Shown one piece after another: positions 8,690 to 14,941 of a DNA stretch of 27,945 nt. The stretch covers positions 1 to 27,945 of the forward strand of contig JBCCEX010000001.1 of NCBI GenBank assembly GCA_039030035.1, given 5' to 3'. This DNA is from Myxococcota bacterium. GTDB lineage: Bacteria > Myxococcota > UBA727 > JABDBI01. Position 1 is the first letter of the stretch; every line of letters starts with the position of its first letter. The position numbers and the translations under genes are program-made. The notes beneath the pieces were generated by a model. It saw only the letters and a list, made by a program, of their open reading frames with translations. It was not told the DNA's origin and did no database searches.

Positions 8690-9292
8690 CTATGGCGCAT
8701 TGGCCACACGATTGCTGCTGTGAAATCGTTGCTGTGCTGCAACAACACCACGAGAGATGAGATCTTCAACCGCCTCACAGCCTAGTGTGAGCTGCTCAAC
8801 AAGATGTGACTGCTGCGCTGCGGCAAAGCGCTGCAGCACATATTGTGTCTCTTGGCCTTTGACGGCGGGCCGGCCAATACCCAAACGCAAGCGCACAAAA
8901 TCACCTCCTACATGGGCAATGGTATCACGTATGCCGTTGTGGCCGCCATGGCCGCCGCCAACTTTGATACGCACTGTACCGGCCGGCAGATCAAGCTCAT
9001 CGTGCACAACCACCAGATGTTGCAGCGGCAATTTGCGATAGGCCATGACGGCCGACACCGCTTGCCCGCTGCGGTTCATGTAGGTTTGCGGCTTCATCAA
9101 CAAAACATCTTGCTGTGCAATCCGGCAGCTGGTCAACTGTGAGCAGAAACGCTGCCGAAACGAACAGGCTGACCACGCCTGCGCCAACGCGTCGATTAGC
9201 ATGAAGCCAATGTTATGACGTGTTGCTGCATATTGCATGCCCGGATTGCCCAGGCCAACCACTAGCCACATTGATAGCGCCTCGTTGGCCAT
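8690..9292 (-). CDS. pth: Peptidyl-tRNA hydrolase
   Basis: LVVGLGNPG, TRHNIGF, KPQTYMNRSG, VVHDELDL, GGHGGHNGIR, RLRLGIGRP. Confidence 0.97.
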   Translation of the reverse strand: MANEALSMWLVVGLGNPGMQYAATRHNIGFMLIDALAQAWSACSFRQRFCSQLTSCRIAQQDVLLMKPQTYMNRSGQAVSAVMAYRKLPLQHLVVVHDELDLPAGTVRIKVGGGHGGHNGIRDTIAHVGGDFVRLRLGIGRPAVKGQETQYVLQRFAAAQQSHLVEQLTLGCEAVEDLISRGVVAAQQRFHSSNRVANAP

Positions 9293-9320
9293 AGCTTACA
9301 GACCATTACCCAAGCCCCCG

Positions 9321-9959
9321 CTAAGAAGAGGCCTCCTCTTGTGAATCGGCCTTGGCCTGGCCAGAGGTTTGCCAAATATTGATCACAGACAGCTGCGGAT
9401 CGCAATTTAGCTGCACTCTCTCAGGCAGCGCCACCTGCTGTGCCCGCAAGTGGCCCAGCGGTAGATCGGTAATATCTATATCGATTTGGTGCGGCACATC
9501 TTGCGGCAAACAGGCAACACGCATTGTCTGCTGCAGCTGACGCAACTTGGCTCCAGCCACCACCTGCTTGCTACGCCCTTGCAAACGTACAGGCACGCGC
9601 ACCTGCATCGGCTTATTGGCATCAACCTGCACAAAATCGATATGAATCGGCACACGCTTGACCGGATGCACCTGTACATCTTGCACCATCACCGCATGCT
9701 GCGAGCTGCTTGCCCCTTGTGCGTCATCTTGCAAATTTAGCTCAATAAAGCCGTTGCGCCGATGCGGCTTATGCAAAATCTGCGTTGCTTGAATCGGACA
9801 TACTGTTAACGCCAAGCTGGGCTGCCCCTTGCGCGCCAACACCGCAGGAATACGCCCCTGCTGCCGCAATTTGCGCGCAAACCCCTTACCAAACTTTGTA
9901 CGAGCAGTTGCCGCAAGCTCCAACGGCGGATTTCTGACTTCAGCTTGTTGCAGGTCCAT
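9321..9959 (-). CDS. rplY: 50S ribosomal protein L25 / Ctc (long form)
   Basis: GKGFARKLRQQGRIPAV, VQDVQVHPVKRVPIHIDF, plus a C-terminal beta domain; AGGAG SD; upstream of pth as usual. Confidence 0.93.
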   Translation of the reverse strand: MDLQQAEVRNPPLELAATARTKFGKGFARKLRQQGRIPAVLARKGQPSLALTVCPIQATQILHKPHRRNGFIELNLQDDAQGASSSQHAVMVQDVQVHPVKRVPIHIDFVQVDANKPMQVRVPVRLQGRSKQVVAGAKLRQLQQTMRVACLPQDVPHQIDIDITDLPLGHLRAQQVALPERVQLNCDPQLSVINIWQTSGQAKADSQEEASS

Positions 9960-9998
9960 AATCTTCTCCTATTTGTCATTTATCTTACAATCTCTTTT

Positions 9999-10028
9999 AA
10001 TGTAGCCAAAAAAATCCACCTACGTCAA
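9999..10028 (-). promoter_or_regulatory. Putative sigma70 promoter for rplY-pth-tRNA-Ser
   Basis: TTGACG-N18-TACATT on the minus strand, about 40 nt before the rplY ATG. Confidence 0.5.
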
Positions 10029-10103
10029 CCGGCTCGCATTGCCATATCTGTGTCACCACAATCTAATGATCTAAATTGATCGCAAAAACATGCTTTAATA
10101 GAG

Positions 10104-11552
10104 GTGATGTCTAACTATGCAATACAACTGCCCTTTGATTTTGTCTGCCAAGCTCTTAGCAGCAAGTGTCGGCTGCGTATTGTCGGCCCCAGGCAAAATA
10201 TACCTGCGCATGTGGGCATCTGCACCGATTCGCGCCATATTCAACCTGGAGATCTGTTTTTTGCCCTCAAAGGCGAGCAGTTTGATGGCCACAACTTTGT
10301 GCAGCAGGCGCTGCAGGCAGGCGCTTGTGCGGTGCTGGTGCGTGCTCAACAACGGCTGCAGGCCACAACAGCTGTGCAGCTGCTGGTCAATGATCCATTA
10401 ACAGCGCTGCAGCATCTGGCTCATGTACACCTGCAGCGCTTGCCGGCCACGCGCATTGGCATTACCGGATCGGTTGGCAAAACAACTACTAAAGAGCTGG
10501 TGAAGGCGCTACTGCAATTTTGTTTGGGCCAAGAGGCGGTGCTGGCCTCTGCGGGCAATTACAATAACCACATTGGCTTGCCGCTCAGCGCGCTGCAGGC
10601 CAACAGCAGCCACAAGGCGCTGGTGTTTGAAATGGGCATGAACCACGCCGGCGAAATTGCGCAGCTGGTCAGCATTGCGCAACCACACATCGGCTTGATC
10701 ACCAATGTGAGCCATGCCCATCGGGCCTTTTTTCGCGATGTCGACGCCATTGCCCAAGCCAAAGGGGAGCTGTTTGCTGCACTGGCACACAATGCCAACC
10801 ATGTTGCCATTACCCATCGCGATGATGAGCGCTGCATGAAGCTGCTGGCACAAACCTCCTGTTGCCACCTAACATTTGGTTGGCACGAGCAGGCCGACAT
10901 ACGTATTTGCCAAACACAGCTACCGCAAGATATTCCCAAACAGCTACAAGGGCAGTGGCTGCTGCTGCAGCATAGGAATAACCGGCAACGCCCATGGGTT
11001 CCAATTATAGGCAAGTCTCACGCCAACAATGCCGCTGCAGCCGTAGCCGTAGCGGTGGCCATGGGCTTAGACTTTGCCCAAGCGTGCCAAGGCCTGCAGC
11101 AGATGCAACCCGTTGCTCGCCGCCTGCAGGTACACAGTTTGTCCAACAATGTGCTACTGCTCAACGACAGCTACAACGCCAGCCCCAAAGCGTGCGAAGC
11201 AGCACTGCAGGTGCTGCAACAGCTACCCGCCAAACGCCGCATCGCCTGCCTAGGCGACATGCTAGAGCTAGGCGATGCCGCCCCTGCCCTACACCGCCAG
11301 GTCGGTCAACAATGCGTGCAATATGGTGTATCGCAACTATTTGCATGCGGCCCGCTATCGGTCGAATACCTCAACGGCAGCCAGCAAGCCGGCATGCCAC
11401 AAGCCTGCTGCCACTATGCTAGCAACAGCAAGCAGCTGGCACAACATATTATCCCCCTCATACAGCCCGGTGATGCAATACTGGTGAAGGGCTCGCTGAG
11501 CACCAACATGCACGTTGTGGTACAGGCGCTGCATAGGGCAGATCAAAACTAA
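10104..11552 (+). CDS. murF: UDP-N-acetylmuramoyl-tripeptide--D-alanyl-D-alanine ligase
   Basis: TDSRHIQPGDLFFALKGEQFDGH, P-loop GITGSVGKTTTKE, EMGMNHAGEI, NDSYNASP, LGDMLELG, LVKGS. Confidence 0.95.
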   Translation: MMSNYAIQLPFDFVCQALSSKCRLRIVGPRQNIPAHVGICTDSRHIQPGDLFFALKGEQFDGHNFVQQALQAGACAVLVRAQQRLQATTAVQLLVNDPLTALQHLAHVHLQRLPATRIGITGSVGKTTTKELVKALLQFCLGQEAVLASAGNYNNHIGLPLSALQANSSHKALVFEMGMNHAGEIAQLVSIAQPHIGLITNVSHAHRAFFRDVDAIAQAKGELFAALAHNANHVAITHRDDERCMKLLAQTSCCHLTFGWHEQADIRICQTQLPQDIPKQLQGQWLLLQHRNNRQRPWVPIIGKSHANNAAAAVAVAVAMGLDFAQACQGLQQMQPVARRLQVHSLSNNVLLLNDSYNASPKACEAALQVLQQLPAKRRIACLGDMLELGDAAPALHRQVGQQCVQYGVSQLFACGPLSVEYLNGSQQAGMPQACCHYASNSKQLAQHIIPLIQPGDAILVKGSLSTNMHVVVQALHRADQN

Positions 11553-11615
11553 GCCATGGGCTTATCATGCCAATAGCAGCAGCATGTGTCGGCCCTGCTT
11601 TTACCGGCAAAATTC

Positions 11616-11644
11616 TTGACAAGCATTGGGCCGAGGTGGATAAT
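11616..11644 (+). promoter_or_regulatory. Near-consensus sigma70 promoter for the orphan at 11724
   Basis: TTGACA (11616-11621), N17, GATAAT (11639-11644). Confidence 0.7.
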
Positions 11645-11656
11645 TTTTGACATAAC

Positions 11657-11705
11657 TATTGCCGTAGGGAACAAGACCACGGAGGTCTGGTTCTTTGCGG
11701 CAATA
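11657..11705 (+). promoter_or_regulatory. 49-nt leader hairpin (16-bp + 5-bp stems, 5-nt loop) in the predicted 5' UTR
   Basis: TATTGCCGTAGGGAAC-A-AGACC-ACGGA-GGTCT-G-GTTCTTTGCGGCAATA: all 16 outer positions pair (13 Watson-Crick, 3 G-U), then one A/G mismatch and a 5-bp inner stem. Confidence 0.75.
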
Positions 11706-11723
11706 TAACATAAGGAGAAAACC

Positions 11724-12107
11724 ATGATGCGAGAGAAACTAGGTTCGAACATGAAAATGCTGGCTTGCCTTTTTGCGACGGCGCTAACGGCTGTTTCGGC
11801 ACAAGCTGTTACAAGCGCGAACGTCGATCAAAACAAAAACGTCGAGTTTCCAGCCGACTTTGACAAGGAGCAAATCAAACACCGTTTCGATGATGACATT
11901 ATTTGCGGTATGTTAAGAATAGCTCTTCAACAGCAGCAAGGAAAAACCATGACAAAGAAAAGAGAAGCTGAAAAAGCATGTGAAGCCAAACCCGAAACAA
12001 GCTGCAAAAAACTCGAGCGCGAGTTTGAGAACATGAAAATCGACTACAACAACAAAGTAAACCAATATGCGAGGAATTGTGGTTACGACGTAGAAACGAT
12101 CGAATAA
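11724..12107 (+). CDS. Hypothetical secreted protein, 127 aa, signal peptide, four Cys in the predicted mature part
   Basis: AAGGAG SD 6 nt upstream; promoter; signal-like MKMLACLFATALTAVSAQA; charged, helical-looking mature region. No family recognised. Confidence 0.75.
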   Translation: MMREKLGSNMKMLACLFATALTAVSAQAVTSANVDQNKNVEFPADFDKEQIKHRFDDDIICGMLRIALQQQQGKTMTKKREAEKACEAKPETSCKKLEREFENMKIDYNNKVNQYARNCGYDVETIE

Positions 12108-12236
12108 TCTTACGCAGATGAGGACTGACCTCGCGAAATCCCTATTTGCAAAAGCTATCTCCCTACCTGCAGCAGATCAAACAGCAGCCCGGTGGGGCTG
12201 ATTGTATCGAGGCTATCATGAGCTGCTGGAGTATAA

Positions 12237-12447
12237 ATGTCGGCAGATAGCAGCAACACATTGACAAAGGTTTACCCGGGGCAAGAGCATACGCTGCAGA
12301 TTGAAAAGTTGGCTTTTGGCGGTCAAGGTGTTGCCTACCTGCAGGGCAAGCGGCATGGGCACCATTGGGCAATATCTTGCCCAGCAGTGCTAACATGTTG
12401 TGGGTATTGAAAGCAACGCAGCCGCCATTGCAGAATATACCATGTGA
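12237..12447 (+). pseudogene. rlmD: Collapsed remnant of a 23S rRNA m5U methyltransferase (RlmD/TrmA family)
   Basis: GGAG SD, ATG 12237, TRAM-domain start HTLQIEKLAFGGQGVAYLQG, joined directly in another frame (from 12349) to the SAM-binding segment SGMGTIGQYLAQQC*HVVGIESNAAAIAE, which has a TAA at 12391-12393. Confidence 0.8.
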
Positions 12448-12457
12448 AGAGGTTTAT

Positions 12458-12862
12458 GTGCATAGATTGACCATTCTATTGGTAACTGCCTGTTTATCTG
12501 TAACCTCATGGACGGTTGCTGCTGCAGTGCCGGCGCAGCACACACCTGCACAGCGCAGCATGCAGATGGCCGGTGCAGCCAAAATTGCGGTCGGCAAAAA
12601 ATCGCAACGCAGCAGGCGTAAAATCGATCTCAACTTAGCCACATCCAAGCAGCTGCAACAGCTCAAAGGCATTGGCCAAAAGAGGGCTGAAGCGATTGTG
12701 CGCTATCGCCAACAACACGGGCCCTTTACCCGCATCACGCAGCTGTTTCATATTAAAGGCATCGGCTCTAAATTACTCAAAAAGCTACAGCAGCAGATCA
12801 CGTTTGCAGCTGCGCACCAGCCAAAGCGCTGCCCTGTGCAGCCTACGGTGTGTCGACAGTAG
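12458..12862 (+). CDS. comEA: ComEA family helix-hairpin-helix DNA-binding protein with signal/anchor sequence
   Basis: IDLNLATSKQLQQLKGIGQKRAEAIVRYRQQHGPF...LFHIKGIG. Start placed at GTG 12458 after a GAGG SD, followed by a hydrophobic N-terminus. Confidence 0.9.
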   Translation: MHRLTILLVTACLSVTSWTVAAAVPAQHTPAQRSMQMAGAAKIAVGKKSQRSRRKIDLNLATSKQLQQLKGIGQKRAEAIVRYRQQHGPFTRITQLFHIKGIGSKLLKKLQQQITFAAAHQPKRCPVQPTVCRQ

Positions 12863-12991
12863 CCATTGCCCTGTACGGATGCAACATCAACTGCAGCAGC
12901 TTGAATCTCTAAAGCTTTTGCCCACAAACGGCTTGCTGGTTGCGTCTAAAAAAATTATGGTTTTTTCTTCTGTGTTGCCAAGATCTGCTGG

Positions 12992-13130
12992 AGATACTCT
13001 GTTGCTTGTGTCAAGAGCGGGCAGAGCAAATGCTAGGATTGAAGGGCTTCCCAGATTTCAAGACGCCATAGATGATGTGCAGCAATTTCCTCATGATGGC
13101 CCCTAAGATGACCATTTTGCTCTTTCCTTG
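12992..13130 (-). mobile_element. IS110-family remnant: last 39 codons of the recombinase plus the right end
   Basis: Minus strand QGKSKMVILGAIMRKLLHIIYGVLKSGKPFNPSICSARS* (stop at 13011-13013) matches the IS110 transposase C-terminal helix (MRKLLHIIYGVLK). It is followed by a 19-nt end finishing ...ACAGAGTATCT. Confidence 0.8.
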
Positions 13131-13212
13131 TATGAATTGATAGAATTTGAACAGCACGTAGGTCGACGGGCTCACGTGTTAGTACTTCTTCTCAATGTGC
13201 ATAGGGCGATAG

Positions 13213-13263
13213 AGTCAGCGCCTGAAGATGCCTTTCTATGCTTTTTTTAATGCGTCGGCCCTG
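13213..13263 (-). repeat. Dispersed IS-end-like repeat, copy 1 (51 bp)
   Basis: CAGGGCCGACGCATTAAAAAAAGCATAGAAAGGCATCTTCAGGCGCTGACT; 47/51 identical to 27791-27841 and shares the terminal 21 bp (one mismatch) with 22048-22068. Confidence 0.85.
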
Positions 13264-13331
13264 TGTTGACCGCCCGATACAAGATAGTTGCCATCGGGGC
13301 TTAGAGCCATGGTTGTAATGTAGCCGAATTC
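13264..13331 (-). pseudogene. Single WD40-repeat fragment truncated at the IS-end-like repeat
   Basis: Minus strand EFGYITTMALSPDGNYLVSGGQ, a typical WD40 strand pattern; in-frame stop two codons upstream; the repeat begins immediately after. Confidence 0.55.
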
Positions 13332-13849
13332 AACTTAATGCTAGGGGTAAATGGCATTTGAGGGCACAAGCATGCCCTGCAAAAGCAGTTTAGCTTTTCC
13401 TCTTGTTGCATGTTCATGATGCAGCGATCATGCAACCTTTATTATGTCATGAACGAATCGTTAATCAGACGCCTACCTTGTGCTTTTTATCCATTCGGAC
13501 CATGTGGGACTGAATTACCATCACTCAAGACACAGAAAACCGCAACGATCGCTGCATTCTGTCAACAGAGCCATCATGACTCTGTCAAAAACATGACGAC
13601 ATAGTTTGAGACAATTGTCAATAGGAATTTTATTTCAGGCTGTTTTGGGGCGGTTTATCGCGCTTTTGCAACACAATGCGACAAGAGAGACTAGAATTTT
13701 TTGGAAGGCATTTGTTTAACTGCGTGTGTCGTTTGGCTGATTTGATGGCACACTCTAGCAGCCAGCAGTCGTTCGCCAACATATAGAAGCTGTGTGGCCC
13801 GTTATCGGCTGACAAAGCAGCGTGTACATCAGATGATCGAGCAAGCGTG

Positions 13850-13879
13850 TTGACAAGGAGTGCATCTTGCTGGTATTCA
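13850..13879 (+). promoter_or_regulatory. Possible sigma70 promoter for rplJ-rplL
   Basis: Perfect TTGACA at 13850-13855; weak -10 (TATTCA at 13874-13879, 18-nt spacer). Confidence 0.35.
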
Positions 13880-13904
13880 ATGGGGGTAACAGTAGGTGAT
13901 GATT

Positions 13905-14444
13905 GTGGATCGTGCACAAAAAGAGAAGCAGATAGAAGACCTCAAGCAAATTGGGCAAGAGGCAGAGTGTTTGGTGTTGTCGAGTGTTGAGGGGGTTGAC
14001 TCAGAACAGATGGCTACTCTCAGAAAGAATCTCAATGAGGCGGGCTGCTTGATGAAGGTTTGTAAAAACAAGCTGGCGCGCATCGCTTTTCAGGGTTCTG
14101 ATTTGGAGAGTTTGTCAGAAGACTTTGTACAATCGACGGCAATTGTTTGGAGTACAGAAGATGCGGTGATGCCGGCCAAGGTGTTGGTTAAATCGGCAAA
14201 AAAGATTAAGCCCTTGGCTATTAAGTCGGGTTACTCTTCTCGTGCTAGGTTGGACATGAACGAAATTAAGGCGCTTGCTGACCTACCAAGTTTGCCGCAG
14301 CTGCGCGCGCAGATTTTGGGGCTATTGCAGGCTGTGCCTAGCAAGTTGCTTGCACAGATTCAGGCACCATCGAGCCATTTGGTTTCTGTGCTGCAAGCTA
14401 AGGTAGATAAGGATTCTCAAAAAGAGGAAAAAGAGGCTGGTTAA
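13905..14444 (+). CDS. rplJ: 50S ribosomal protein L10
   Basis: MDRAQKE start (GTG 13905, AGGTG SD; the ORF track starts at 13896), LRKNL...[30 protein letters not shown]. Confidence 0.95.
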   Translation: MDRAQKEKQIEDLKQIGQEAECLVLSSVEGVDSEQMATLRKNLNEAGCLMKVCKNKLARIAFQGSDLESLSEDFVQSTAIVWSTEDAVMPAKVLVKSAKKIKPLAIKSGYSSRARLDMNEIKALADLPSLPQLRAQILGLLQAVPSKLLAQIQAPSSHLVSVLQAKVDKDSQKEEKEAG

Positions 14445-14463
14445 TAATAAAAGGAGGACTAAG

Positions 14464-14853
14464 ATGGCCGATGTGGTAGAACAGTTAAGTCAGGAATTAT
14501 CAAAGCTGAGCATTTTGGAGGCGGCTCAGTTGATCAAAAAACTTGAAGAGGAGTGGGACGTTAAAGCTGCTTCAGCTGCAGCAGTCGTTGCCGCTGCTCC
14601 GGGTGCAGCAGCTGCAGGAGCAGCAGCAGGTGCTGAGGAGAAAACAGAATTTGATGTGGTCTTGACTGCCGCTGGTGACAAGAAAATTCAGGTTATTAAA
14701 GAGGTACGTGCTATTACTGGTCTTGGTCTTAAAGAGGCAAAAGAGCTGGTGGAGGGTGCACCTAAGCCTGTAAAATCAGCTGTCTCTAAAGAGCAGGCTG
14801 AGGAGATCAAAAGCAAATTAGAGGCTCAAGGAGCAAAAGTTGAACTTAAATAA
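14464..14853 (+). CDS. rplL: 50S ribosomal protein L7/L12
   Basis: Ala-rich hinge, [34 protein letters not shown]; GGAGG SD. Confidence 0.98.
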   Translation: MADVVEQLSQELSKLSILEAAQLIKKLEEEWDVKAASAAAVVAAAPGAAAAGAAAGAEEKTEFDVVLTAAGDKKIQVIKEVRAITGLGLKEAKELVEGAPKPVKSAVSKEQAEEIKSKLEAQGAKVELK

Positions 14854-14885
14854 GTTCGGTTATATTAAATATTATTTATGTAAAA

Positions 14886-14908
14886 TGGCGAGTGCTATTT
14901 TCTCGCCA
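14886..14908. terminator. Hairpin between rplL and the first translocase
   Basis: TGGCGAG / CTCGCCA 7-bp stem with a 9-nt loop; no U tract on the + strand. Confidence 0.4.
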
Positions 14909-14941
14909 CATAAAAGCTAAGGAGGTTTGTTTTAGTTTATT

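Noticed and set aside
11584-11597. ATGTGTCGGCCCTG, a 13/14 match to the IS-end-like repeat terminus
   Set aside because: The match stops before the A/T tract, and GTCGGCCCTG also occurs by chance inside the second translocase (17871-17880). It could be a fourth decayed copy but cannot be supported.
12163-12457. ORF 12163-12396 (minus) and the N-terminal extension of the comEA ORF from 12365
   Set aside because: Both overlap the rlmD remnant; comEA has a better SD and signal sequence from GTG 12458.
13419-13557. 11-bp inverted repeat ATGCAGCGATC / GATCGCTGCAT about 117 nt apart
   Set aside because: Short, with no supporting internal structure, ORF or target duplication; may be chance.
13886-13898. 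ACAGTAGG resembling part of the L10 leader consensus
   Set aside because: It coincides with the rplJ Shine-Dalgarno region and has no pairing partner.
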